The translations under genes and the position numbers were made by a program. A stretch of 64,000 nucleotides of DNA from Malacoraja senta (lineage: Eukaryota): NCBI GenBank assembly GCA_038087875.1, contig JAXLNO010000087.1, positions 186,001-250,000 of the forward strand, read 5' to 3'. Position 1 is the first letter of the stretch, and the number at the start of each line of letters is the position of its first letter. Below the pieces are notes generated by a model. It was not told where the DNA came from and ran no database searches. It saw only the letters and a list, made by a program, of their open reading frames with translations. Positions 51,201-63,155 of this stretch are shown one piece after another.

Positions 51201-53929
51201 CCCCAACGCCAGCCGCTCAACCCCCAACGCCAGCCGGTAAACCCGAACGTCTGCAGGTAAACCCCAACCTGCAGGTAAACCCCAACACCAGCCTCAAAAC
51301 TCAAACTGCAGCCTCGAAACCACAACGGCATCCTCGGCACTCCAACGGCAGCCTCGAAATCCCAACGCCAGCCTCGGAACCCCAACGCTAGCCTCTGAAC
51401 TCCAACGCCAGCCTCTGAACGCCAGCCTCTGAACGCCAGCCTCTGAACCACAACGCCAGTCTCTACCCCAACGCCAGCCACTAAACCCCAACTCCAGCCT
51501 CGAAACCCCAATGGCAGCCTTGAATCCCAACGCCAGCCTCGAAACCCCAACACCAGCCTCCATACCCCAACCTCGATACACCCTCAGCCTCGAAACCCCG
51601 CCAGCTTCGAAACCCCAACGGCAGGCCCAAAACGCCAACGCCAGCTGCGAAGCCCCAACGCCTGCAGGTAAACCCCAACGGCCTGCAGCTAAACCCCAAC
51701 GGCAGCCAAGAAACCCCAACGGCAGCCAAGAAACCCCAACGCCAGTCTCGGAACCCCAACGCCAGCCTCCGAACCCCAACGCCAGCCTTGGAACCCCAAC
51801 GCCACCCTCGGAACCCCAACGCCAGCCTCTGAACCCCAACGCCAGCTGCGAAGCGCCAACGTCAGCCGCAAATCCCAACGCCAGCAGCTACCTCTAAATA
51901 CAGCTGCTAACCCCCAACGCCAGCCGCTCAACCCCAAGGCCAGCCGCTCAACCCCAACGCCAGCCGCACAACCCCAACGCCTGCAGGTAAACCCGAACGG
52001 CAGCCGCTAAACCCCAACGGCAGCCGCTAAACCCCAACGGCAGCCTCGAAACCCCAACGGCAGCCTCGAAACCCCAACGGCAGCCTCGAAACCCCAACGG
52101 CAGCCTCGAAACCCCAACGGCAGCCTCGAAACCCCAACGGCAGCCTCGGAACCCTGAACGCCAGCCTCGGAACCCCAACGCCAGCCTCGGAACCCCAACG
52201 CCAGCCTCTGAACCCCATCGCCAGCCTCTGAACCCCCACGCCAGCCTCTGAACCCCAACGCCAGCCGCGGAACCCCAACGCCAGCCACAAAACCCAAACG
52301 ACAGCCGCTAACCCCCAACGACAGCCGCTAACCCCCAAGGACAGCCGCTAACCCCCAACAGCAGCCTCGAAATCCCAACGGCAGCCGCTAACCCCCAACG
52401 CCAGCCGCTCAACCCCCAATGCCAGCCGCTAACCCCCAACGCCAGCAGCTAACCGCCACGCCAGCCGCTCAACCCCAACGCCAGCCGCTGAACCCCAACG
52501 CCAGCCTTGGGACTCCAGCCTCTGAACCCCAACGCCAGCCTCTGAACCCCAACGCCAGCCTCTGAACTCCAACGCCAGCCGCTGAACCCCAACGGCAGCC
52601 GCTGAACCACAACGGCAGCCACTAAATGCCAACGCCAGCCTCGAAGCCCCAACGCCAGCCGCTAACCCCCAATGCCAGCCGCTAACCCCCAGCGCCAGCC
52701 GCTCAACCCCCAACGCCAGCCACTCAACCCCAACACCTGCAGCTAAACCCCAACGGCAGCCGCGAAACCCCAACGGCAGCCTCAAAACTCAAACGGCAGC
52801 CTCGAAACCACAAGGGCATCCTCGGGACTCCAACGGCAGCCTCGAAATCCCAACGGCAGCCGCTAAACCCCAACGCCAGCTGCTGAACCCCAACGCCAGC
52901 CGCTAAACCGCAACTCCAGCCGCTAAATCCCAACGCCAGCCGCAAAACCCCAAAGCCAGCCGCAAAACCCCAACGCCAGCTGCTAAACCCCAACGCCAGC
53001 CGCTAAACCCCAAAGACAGCCGCTAAATCCCAACGCCAGCCGCTAATCCCCAATGCCAGCCGCTGCACCAGAACGCCAGGCAGCCTCAAAACCCCAACAC
53101 CAGCCGCTCAACCCCAAACGGCAGCCGCTCAACCCCAACACCAGCCGCAAAACCCCAACGCCAGCCTCGAAACCCCAACGGCCGCCGCGAAACCCCAACG
53201 GCAGCATCGAAACTCCAACGGCAGCCTCGAAACCCCATCGCCAGCCGCTAAACCCCCGCCAGCCGCTAAACCCCAACGCCATTTGCTAAACACCAACGGC
53301 AGCCATTAAACACCAACGCCAGCCGCTAAACCCCAAAGCCAGCCGCTATACCCCAAAGCAGTTGCTAAACCCCAAGCCCATCCGCTACACCCCAACACCA
53401 TCCGCTGCACCCCAACACAAACCGCTGCACCCCAACGCCATCCCCGAAAACCCAACGGCAGCCGCTCAGCGCCAACGCCAGCCGCTGCACCCCAACGCCA
53501 GCCTCAAAAAAACAACGCCAGCTGCTGGACCACAACGCCAGCCGCTGCACCCCAATGCCAGGCAGCCTCGAAACCCCAATGGCAGCCGCTCAACCCCAAC
53601 GGCAGCCGCTCAACCACCGCCAGCCGTTCAACCCCAACGCCAGCCGCTCAACCCCAACGGCAGCCGCTCAACCCCAACGGCAGCCGCTCAACCCCAACCG
53701 GCAGCCGCTCAACCCCAACGGCAGCCTCGAAACCCCAACGGCAGCCTCGAAACCCCAACGGCAGCCTCGAAACCCCAACGGCAGCCTCGAAACCCCAACG
53801 GCAGCCTCGAAACCCCAACGCCAGCCTCTGAACCCTAACGCCAACGCCAGCCTCGGAATCCCAACGCCAGCCTCGGAACCCCAACGCCAGCCTCTGAACC
53901 CCAACGCCAGCCTCTGAACCCCACCAGCC
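27251..53929. repeat. ~26.7-kb 20-bp satellite array with higher-order structure
   Basis: Continuous AACCCCAACG(C/G)CAGCC(GCTA/GCTC/TCGA/TCTG/TCGG) monomers. Confidence 0.97.
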
Positions 53930-55625
53930 TATGCCTTTCATTATTCTGTAAGTTTCAATGAGGTCCCCCCTCAACATTCGAAACTCCAGCGAGTACAGGC
54001 CCAGTGCTGTCAAACGCCCATGCTGTCATATGCTAACCCACTCATTCCTGGGATCATTCTTGTAACATGCCTCTGGACCCTCTCCAGAGCCGGCACATCC
54101 TTCCTCAGATATGACGTCCAAATTTGCTCACAGTACTACAAATGTAGCCTGACCAGCGCCTTATAGAGCCTCAGCATTATATCTGTTTTTGTATTACAGT
54201 CCTCTTAATATAAATGCTAGCATTGGATTTGCCTTCCTTACTACCGATGCAACTTGCAATTAACTTTTTGGGAGTGCTGGTGCAGAATTGCAAATCCCTT
54301 TGCACCGATTTCTGAATTCTCTCTCCATTTAGAAAATAATCTACGCCTTTATTATGCATGACTCCGCACTTTGCTTCACTGAATTACATCTGCCACTTCT
54401 CCGCCCACTCTCCTAATCTGTCCAAGTCCTTCTGCAGCCTCCTTGCTTCCTCTACACTGCCTGCCCCTCCACCTATCTTAGCATCATCTGCAAACCTGGC
54501 CACAAAGCCTTCAATCCCATTATCCAAAATGTTAATATACAACGTGAATAGAAGCGTCCTCAGCACAGACCCGTGTGAAACTCAACTGGTCACTGGCAGC
54601 CAACCTGAAAAGGTGGTTTTTATTCCAACTCTTTCCCTTCTGCAATACAGCTAGCCCGCTCGCTATCCATGCTAGTATCTTCCCTTCAATACCATGGGCT
54701 CTCATCGTCCCTCGTAGCCTGACGTGTAGCACCTAATGGAAGGCCTTTTGATAAAATAGGCGAACAACATCTACAGCCTCCCCACTGTCTGTCCTGCTAT
54801 TAACTTCCTCAAAGAACAGCAGATTTGTCAGGCAAGATCTTCCCTTCACAAAACCATGCTGATTTCAGCCTATTTTATCATGAACTTCCAATTACTGCAT
54901 CACATCCTTTATAATTGACTCGAAAATCTTACCAACCACTGAATTCGGGCTAACCAGCCTATAGTTTCCGTTATTCTGCTTTGCTCCCATCAGCAGGGTG
55001 ATATTCATAATTTTCCAATCTTCAGGAACCACTCCTAAAGGGCCTGTCCCACTTTCACGACCTCTGCCGAGTTTGCCCTTGACTCATACCCGCAGCATGG
55101 CCGTCAAGAGGTCGTAGGTAAGTCGTGATGCTAGTCGTAGGTACTCGTGGCATCAAGTAGGTCGGAGCGTTTTTCTAGCATGATGAAAAATGTCCACGAG
55201 TAAAAAAGGTTGTGAATTAGGTCGTGAAAGTGGGACAGGCCCTTTACTCTAGTGATTCTTGAAATATCACAACTAATGCCTCCACAATCTCTGTGTCTTC
55301 TTTCTTCAAAACCTTGGGGTGCAGTCCATCGGTCCAGGTGACTTACCACCTACAGACCTTTCAGTTTTCCAACCACCTCCTTAGTAATCGCCACTCCACG
55401 AACTTCCATCCCCTGACTCTCTAGGATTGCAGGCACACTGCTGGTGTCTTCCACTGTGAAGACTGATGCAAAAAAAAGTTATGCAACTCCTCAGCCATTT
55501 CCTGATTTCCTGTTATCACTTCTCCTGCATCATTCCCCAGCAGCCCAACGTCCACTCTTGCCTCTTTTTTACTCTTTATATATCCGTAGAAATTTTTGCT
55601 ATCCTCTCTTATATTATTGGCTAGT
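53930..55625 (-). mobile_element. Degraded CR1 LINE (RT region), cut at its 3' side by the satellite
   Basis: LFTLYINILD..FADDAKIGG..LQKDLDRLGEWAEKWQM and LGLYSLEFRMLRGDLIETYRIMKG. Confidence 0.85.
55039..55243. mobile_element. MITE, PIF/Harbinger-like, nested in CR1
   Basis: TIRs AGGGCCTGTCCCACTTTCACGACCT and AGGTCGTGAAAGTGGGACAGGCCCT; flanks TAA and TTA. Confidence 0.8.
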
Positions 55626-55835
55626 TTCCACTTCTCTACAACAGGAGGGCTTCCACTTCTCTACAACAGGGCCTTCACAGTGAACGGTCGGGCCCTGGGA
55701 AGGGTTGTAGAGCAGAGGGATTTAGGATTCAAAGTACATAGCTCCCTGAAAGTGGATATTCAGCATTTCATTGGTAGTTCGAGAATGTGGTTGTAAACTA
55801 TTCCTTTAGGTGAATCCATTCTGAAGATAATGATG

Positions 55836-56038
55836 TTTAAGAAGGAACTGCAGATGCTGGAAAATCGAAGGTAGACAAAAATGCTGGAGAAACTCAGCGG
55901 GTGCAGCAGCTATGGAGCGAAGGAAATAGGCAACGTTTCCATCTGAAGAAGGGTTTCAGCCCAAAACATTGCCATTCCCTACGCTCCATAGATGCTGCTG
56001 CAGCCGCTGAGTTTCTCCAGCGCTTTTGTCTACCTTAA
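55836..56038. mobile_element. Penelope-derived palindromic element with degenerate hammerhead core
   Basis: Inverted arms aaggtagacaaaaatgctggagaaactcagcgg and ccgctgagtttctccagcgcttttgtctacctt; central ctgaagaagggtttcagcccaaaac. Confidence 0.7.
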
Positions 56039-56301
56039 GATAATGATGTTGGGGACGGCAATATTTTGGCCCACTGACAAGGACGGATTATCTAGAAGAC
56101 AAGAGTGTGGCTTTGGGGTGATATGGGCCAAACACGGCCAGGTGGGACTAGTGGTAGCTGGTACAGCTGGTACATGTTGGACGGTGTGGATGGGGCATCT
56201 TGGTCAGTAAGGGCAGATTGGGCTAAAGGGCCTGTTTCCACGCTGTATCACTATGGCTCTAAGAAATTAAAATGAAACCTGCTGCTGCACAAGGGTTTTA
56301 C

Positions 56302-56512
56302 CTTTACAGCCGGATGGAGATAACTGTCAAACATTGCTTCGTTTTTTATATTTCCCACTCCTGGCAGCATGGACTGGTCCAACAGCACATCACACAACAT
56401 GTGAGCACCATGTCGCTTCACATCCTCCTCTGCTCAAGGATGACTGAACTTTGCCGAGCAGACATCCAGCTCTTCCATTAGTTTTACTTTCTCCTCACAT
56501 TCAGAGGTACTC
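56302..56512 (-). pseudogene. NEIL3: NEIL3 exon 4 (211 nt, H2TH region) with in-frame TGA at 56434-56436 and a one-codon deletion
   Basis: Reads STSECEEKVKLMEELDVCSAKFSHP*AEEDVKRHGAHMLCDVLLDQSMLPGVGNIKNEAMFDSYLHPAVK|gtaaac. GNIKNE replaces the conserved GNIIKNE. Confidence 0.92.
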
Positions 56513-57240
56513 CTAGCAGGTAACACAATACACCTTAATGTTAAGGTGCCTTTATTGCAAACCCAACTACATAACATTTTTTCATAAAGTTTATCTGATC
56601 CTCTCAAAACAAATTTAATTAAACCTGTCAAGTTATTAAAGGTAAAAAACAAAGTGCTGAAGGAACTCAGTGGGTCATGCAGCATCAGCGGAGGGAGACA
56701 GCACTTTGGGTTGGGACCCTTCTTTCGATTGAATGGTGACACAGTGGTGCAGCTGCTGCCTCACAGGCTACCCAAAGACATGCGGGGTTGTAAGTTAATT
56801 GGCCTCAGTAAATTGCTCCTAGTGCATAGGAAATGGATGCGGCAGTGGGATAACCTAGAACTAGCTGGCATGGACTCGGTGGGCCGTTTCCATTGCGGTA
56901 TCTTTCAATCAATCAAATTCAGACATAGGTCTGAATAATCGCAACCCAAAACATCGCCTGTCCATTTCCTCCACAGATGCTGTCTGTCCCGATAAATTAA
57001 TCTTAATATCTTAACAATTTATCCAGTGTAAAGCTACAAACACAAGTTAAAAAGTGAATTTCTTGCAATTTTGATCTAACTAAATTAATAAACAAAGACA
57101 ACAGAATACAATTTCAATTTTCAAAAGCAATTTGTAACATGAAGTCTTCCAAGGATTAGTACTCTTGTGGAATTAGTGACGATATCCAGACCAAATTCCA
57201 TGCAGTATTGAGGGAGTACCACATTGTGAGTACCCCCTAT

Positions 57241-57339
57241 CAGTCTGAAGAAGGGTTTCGGCCCGAAACGGTGCCTCTTTCCTTCGCTCCATAGATGCTG
57301 CTGCACCCGCTGAGTTTCTCCAGCACTTTTGTGTACCCA
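57241..57339 (+). mobile_element. Penelope-derived repeat with hammerhead ribozyme core at 57245-57270
   Basis: CTGAAGA A GGGT-TTCG-GCCC GAAAC. Confidence 0.65.
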
Positions 57340-57667
57340 CATTGTGAGAGTTGCCTTTCAAATAAAGATGTTGAAATAGACACAACTTTCTTGGAACGTT
57401 TTGGGCTTTAAATTGCAGGTTATGTACACAGATTAATATAATTGTGTTTTTTGTTTAAAGATTCTTAGTTTAATTTATTTTAGAGATATAGCATGGAAAC
57501 AAGCCCTTCGGCCGACTGAGTATGCTGATCATTGATCAGTTTTACGTAATACTTTTACACAATTAGCAAATGATGAACTCAGATTTATCAGGGATCTGTG
57601 CAAAATCCATTTTCATGAACAAAACTGAAAGCATAAAAATGAAGCCGAACATGAACTAATTATTTAC

Positions 57668-57802
57668 CTGATATTGAACGTGGATTCAAAGAAACATATC
57701 AAATCATTGGTAAGCTGAATTTACAAACTTCCTGCCGCTCCACTGCTGCGCTTTCTTTCAGATGAATTGATTTGCATCGAACCATTCATTCCAAAATGTA
57801 TC
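57668..57802 (-). pseudogene. NEIL3: NEIL3 exon 3 (135 nt) with in-frame TAA at 57721-57723
   Basis: ctttgcag|G ATA CAT TTT GGA... reads IHFGMNGSMQINSSERKRSSGAAGSL*IQLTNDLICFFESTFNIR, then |gtaaat. Confidence 0.92.
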
Positions 57803-58815
57803 CTGCAAAGATATATCATGAGTCAAGTGTCAAGAGTGTTTTATTATCATATGTCCCAGATGGGACAATGAAATTCTTACTTGCTGCAGCACACCAGAAA
57901 ATATGTGAATATGTAAACATAGTACATAACAGGGGAACAGGAAAAAAAAGAAAAAGTTCAATAAATATTATTTCACAACAAGAATACACTAGATATTCTA
58001 GCATAAAATAATTTCTGACTGCCCGCTAAGCAACTTTATTAGCAGCAAGCACTCTCTTCAATGTAAAATGTCTCTTTTTCAAATGAAACTTAAATGGATT
58101 ATCAAGTGTCAAGTCAAAAATGGTTAATTGTCAAATGTAGCAAAACGGAACAATGAAATTCTTACTTGCAGCAGCACACCAGGTAAACACAGTACTCAAT
58201 AGATAACTTAAAAAACCCAATAGAGTGATAAACAAAACAAAGCCCAAAGTCCTTAATGCAACCAAGACAGTTTGCCGTTCAGTTGGAGTACGTAGTGTTC
58301 AATAGATTATGAATTAGATTTACAAATCTCTTCCTCTTTCCTCCTTCCCAATCAGTTCAACCGTTAAAGGTTGCCTGTAACTTAGCAAATATTAATGTCG
58401 GATCTACAGTTAGCAATGCAATCAACCTGGCGTGCACAAACAGAAGATGAAACAGAACAAGTTGTCTTACAACTTTAGGCTGTGCATGGCATACGCAAGT
58501 GGAAGACCCATTAACTAAATAAATATGAAAATCACTGAGAAATAGTCAACATTTACGTTAAAACTCCCATAATCTGTGCTTGTTGATTGAAAATCCCAAT
58601 GGTTCAGCATTTATCACTTCAGCTTTTGTTCCCCACACTTCCTTTAAATTCATCAGGGCCCATTCTTTGTGCTCCCCATAAATTCAACTTGTTCACTAGA
58701 AAAATGATTGTGCTGCAGCAAAATATTGAATAAAGTGAAACAAGGTGCTTTGGTGTAATCATCAGAGTAATATCCAATAGCCCAGCAAATCTGTCAATCT
58801 TGTGTAAAAAATAAA

Positions 58816-59046
58816 AGGTAGACAAATGTGCTGGAGAAACTCAGCGGGTGAGGCAGCATCTATGGAGCAAAGGAAATAGGCAACGTTTCGGGCCGAAACC
58901 CTTCTTCAGATTCCGAAGGAAATAGGCAACGTTTCGGGCCGAAACCTTCCTATTTCGTTCGCTCCGTAGATGCTGCCGCACCCGCTGAGTTTCTCCAGCA
59001 CTTTTGTCTACCTTCAATTTTCCAGCATCTGCAGTTCCTTCTTAAA
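58816..59046. mobile_element. Penelope-derived palindromic element with minus-strand hammerhead core at 58881-58909
   Basis: Inverted arms; the minus strand reads CTGAAGAAGGGTTTCGGCCCGAAACGTTG, with a partial tandem duplicate. Confidence 0.7.
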
Positions 59047-59288
59047 CATGGTGCGAAAGATAGACAACTTTACTTTCCATTTCTACATTTCCACATTTGA
59101 TCTGGGACATCTCTTAATTTAGATGAAAAGGAACATCTTCGAGCATGGCCATTGGTGGTGAGACGTTCATTTCAGGAAGCTCAGGACAGGTCACCTGTAT
59201 AATCAGCCAAAACAAAGCTGGATCTAAACCTCATTCATACCCGTCCAATGTTGTTTCAGGAATGCAACATTATTATGTGTGATCAAAA

Positions 59289-59472
59289 GTTTAAGAAAGA
59301 ACTGCAGATGCTGGAAAAATCGAAGGTAGACAAAAATGCTGGAGAAACTCAGCGGGTGAGGCAGCATCTATGGAGCGAAGGAATAGGTGACGTTTCCGGT
59401 CGAGAAGGGTCTATTCCTTCACTCCATAGATGCTGCCTCCCCCGCTGAGTTTCACCAGCATTTTTGCCTCTA
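59289..59472. mobile_element. Penelope-derived palindromic element
   Basis: Same family as 55836-56038; inverted arms. Confidence 0.7.
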
Positions 59473-59494
59473 TGTGATCAAAAGGTCACATCAA

Positions 59495-59868
59495 GAGTTC
59501 GAGAGTTTATTGTCATGTGTCCCTGATAGGACAATGAAATTCTTGCTTTGCTTTAGCACACCAGAACATGGTAGGCATGACTACAGAACAGATCAGTGTG
59601 TCCATATACCATTGTATAAATATATACACACATGAATAAATAAACTGCTAAAGTGAAAATAAACAGATTATGGGCTATTAATGTTCAGAGTTTTGTCCGA
59701 GCCGAGTTTAATAGCCTGATGGCTGTGGGGAAGTAGCTATTCCTGAACTTGGTCGTTGCAGTCTTCAGGCTCATGTACCTTCTACCTGAAGGTAGTGGGG
59801 AGATGAGTGTAAGGCCCGGATGGTGTGGGTCGTTGATCATGCTGCCAGCCTTTTTGAGGCAGCGACTG
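59495..59868 (-). mobile_element. Rex-Babar LINE 3' fragment
   Basis: SRCLKKAGSMINDPHHPG..LPSGRRY..RNSYFPTAIRLLN; highly similar to positions 1-120. Confidence 0.85.
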
Positions 59869-60131
59869 TAAAGTAAAGTATCCTTTATTGTCATTCAGAC
59901 CTTTCGGTCTGAATGAAATTTCGTGCCTGCAGTCATACATATAATAAAAATAACAAAAACACACAATAAACACAAATTTAACATCCACCACAGTGAGCTG
60001 ACCAGGCACCTCCTCACTGTGATAGATCAAATTGAATGGTGGTGCTGGCTCGAAGGGCCGAATGGCCTTCTCCTGCACCTATTACCTATTGTTTTCTATT
60101 TGTTTCAAGCAAATTACAATAGATACAGTAC

Positions 60132-60246
60132 CTTAATGCAGTTTGTCCAAAATACATGAAAAGTTCCTTTCCTAATGTCTTCACACCTGTATACGCAGCT
60201 GGATTGCATTCTGACCGGCACCAGACTGCCCATTTGGCCGAGTAAT
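60132..60246 (-). pseudogene. NEIL3: NEIL3 exon 2 (115 nt, probably frameshifted)
   Basis: ctttccttcag|ATT...TTAAG|gtact. The 3' part reads YTGVKTLGKELFMYFGQTALR. The 5' part (..QNAIQL) is in another frame and hits TGA if the exon starts in phase 0 as in human. Confidence 0.88.
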
Positions 60247-60729
60247 CTGAAGGAAAGGATAAAGACAGTGCAACTTGTGATGGAAGGGTCTTGATATGAA
60301 ACCATTTCTCCTGCTGAAAATGCTGCCCACTGAAGGATTACTTCAGAATCAGAATGCCTTTTATTGTCCTTTAAACATACGGTTCAAATGAAATTAAAAC
60401 AAAATACTTGTTGTAAAATGAAGACATTCTTGTGTTTTAAATATTAAGTGGTGATATAGAGTGGCATTTTCGTGGCGCTATAAAGTGTGGATATCAAGTG
60501 GCGTTTTAAGTGGTGCTTTTTCCCACGAGTAGTAGCTCTACTCAATAACCAAAAATCTGTAGCCTCCTTTTGCCCTGGTATTTTATTCAATTCACATGTT
60601 TAATCAATAATGTTTTATTATTAATGTTCAATGTTTTATGTATCATTCTTAACTGTCACTGTATGTCATGTTGTCACTGGCGGGCAGAGCACCAAGGCAA
60701 ATTCCTTGTATGTGAATACTTGGCCAATA

Positions 60730-61090
60730 AACATAGAAACATAGAAAATAGGTGCAGGAGTAGGCCATTCGGCCCTTCGAGCCTGCACCGCCATTCAATA
60801 TGATCATGGCTGATCATCCAACTCAGTATCCTGTACCTGCCTTCTCTCCATACCCCCTGATCCCTTTAGCCACAAGGGCCACATCTAACTCCCTCTTAAA
60901 TATAGCCAATGAACTGGCCTCAACTACCTTCTGTGGCAGAGTGTTCCAGAGATTCACCACTCTGTGTGAAAAATGTTTTTCTCATCTCGGTCCTAAAGGA
61001 TTTCCCCTTAATCCTTAAACTGTGACCCCTTGTCCTGGACTTCCCCAACATTGGGAACAATCTTCCTGCATCTAGCCTGTCCAACCCCTT
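60730..61090 (-). mobile_element. CR1 LINE 3' fragment
   Basis: Reverse complement of the CR1 3' end with a (TTTCTATG)n tail. Confidence 0.85.
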
Positions 61091-61479
61091 AAGAATTTTG
61101 TACGTTTCTACATTCTAAACTTATTCATTCATTCATAAAGTCAAAAAGAAATCCAATAGAGCCAACCTCCCATCTCATTTCAACCACAAATAATTTTGCT
61201 AATTAATTAATTATTAATAATTGCTAACCATTTTAACTCCCCTTCGCATACCAACCTTACTGCCCTGGGCGGCCTCCTCCTCACTTACAGGGGGGAGGGC
61301 AAGGTTGTCTCTGTCCACATACATCACCCTGCAGGCCAACTTTTTCACTCAGGGTGGCGACATGGTGGCGCAGCAGTAGAGTTGCTGCCTTGCAGGACAG
61401 ACAGCGTTACGGGACCCTCCTGAATCAATGTTCTGAAGAAGGGTCCTGCGCCGAAGCTTCATCTGTCCATTTTCCTCCC

Positions 61480-62105
61480 CTCATGCCCCACTTAATGGTC
61501 ACCCAACACACTCCATCCCAACTCCTGCCCTCCCTGGTCACTCAATCTCCTCTCAGACCTGTGACCATTGTCCCACACCATCCACCTCTCCATCTCACCT
61601 CACCCCACACCACCCTCACCATCCATTCCTCCCCACTCACCATCTGCTCCTAACCATACAGCTCTCACTCCCACCCCCACCTCGCCCCTCACCCGTGTCA
61701 TCTGCCCCTCACCATCCACCCATCCTTACCTCACCCCTTCTCTTCACCTCACTCACTACCTCCCACACAACCCCTCACCTCCACCCACCCCCGCCTCGCT
61801 CCTACCCTATACTTCCCCCACTGCCCCCACCAGCCGCTGCTCATGCCCCCCCTACCCCCGCAATCCACTCCTCACCATCTCACCTCACGCTGCCCCTTGC
61901 CCAGATTTCCATCCCTCACACCTTCATCACGCCCCACCCCATACTCTTCCTCTCAACCTAACCCCAACTCACACCCACTGTCCCTCACCACCCTACCCCT
62001 CACCTCACCCCCCCTTCACCCCTCCCCACTCGCCATCCACCCCGCATGCACCTCACCCTTCACCAACCTCACCCCCCCTTCAACCCCTCCCCACTCGCCA
62101 TCCAC
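61480..62105. repeat. C-rich low-complexity tract in intron 1, continuing at 63160-63410
   Basis: Dense CCCCAC/CCTCAC; G-rich on the gene's sense strand. Confidence 0.8.
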
Positions 62106-62112
62106 CACACCT

Positions 62113-63155
62113 AGGTATGTTACAAAACTTACCTTCAGTCGCGCTGTAATTCTGCCATCACTGGCCGTGTGCGCGATTTTGGCGCCTTTAAGGGGGGGGC
62201 GGGGTTAAAACACGGGTTTCTCCTCCCTTGTCCTAGTTAATATTGTGTTGGAGTACAAGCGTTGGCTGATGAATCGTTCCTAGTGGCGATTTGTGAATTT
62301 TTTATTTTTATTAAATCGTCAATGTCAGCGCTACAATAATTTTAAAATCAGCTCCTGAAGCGTCAACGCCGATAACAGGGACGGATTTCACGCATGGGAC
62401 AGGTAAACAAAAGTGCTTTCTTTAAATGTATAAAAGTGCTTCTTAAGAAGCCTTTAATTCACATTTTTTCATGCGATACGGTGATTTTATTCCCCGAATT
62501 AACGGCAGTATTTTTCATGCCAATACGGGGTTAAATTCACCGCAAATCAACATTCCAAAAGATCGCGTTCCAGAAAACCTCACTCGCAAGATGAATTAAA
62601 TGCCCATTAATTTACAGGTATTAAACATTCAATTCCTTCCATTTGGCCTGTAAATTCATGAAAATTAGATTTAAAAATTATGTTATATTGTGAATTATTG
62701 TGTGAATGTTATTTGGACACTTAGGCTATTTAAAAATGTTAATCTATTCTTCAGAAATTGATAGATGTTTAGATCTAGTAATTGAATTTTGTAATTAGCT
62801 ACAATTAGGTAACTAACTAATTATATGCTTTACTTTCATGTGTTCGAAGTAAGATTGTTTCATATTTGTTTCAGAATGCTTCAATCTATAATAACTGAAA
62901 GTTTCTTTCAGTTATCATAATTTTTAAGAAAGTTATGGGCTTTTAACTGTCCTCGATCACAGCTTTTGTGTTAAGTCAATGGAAAAGCAATAGGGAACAA
63001 GATGCTAATTTCTGAGTATGATAATGGCCATAACTTTTTTAATACTGAAGATATGAAAGTGAATTAAGTGTCAAATTAAACTTCTTTTTATGCTTTATCT
63101 GATGGGATAAATTGCAGACTTTATTTTTTAAATCTCAAAATTTTGTAACATTGCT
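62113..63155. mobile_element. ~1.04-kb non-autonomous DNA transposon
   Basis: TIRs AGGTATGTTACAAAA and TTTTGTAACATTGCT; flanking 9-bp direct repeat ACCACACCT at 62104-62112 and 63156-63164. Confidence 0.75.

Noticed and set aside
27251..53929. Well over a hundred ORFs (GFRGWRWG, NPNASR, PQRQP types)
   Set aside because: Products of a 20-bp repeat cycling through three frames; no evidence of coding potential
27251..53929. CRISPR-like array or encoded 'barcode' of repeat variants
   Set aside because: No unique spacers and no cas genes in a eukaryotic context; the variation fits ordinary satellite mutation and unequal exchange
27251..53929. Interstitial telomere
   Set aside because: Only sporadic CCCTAA; the monomer is 20 bp, not (TTAGGG)n
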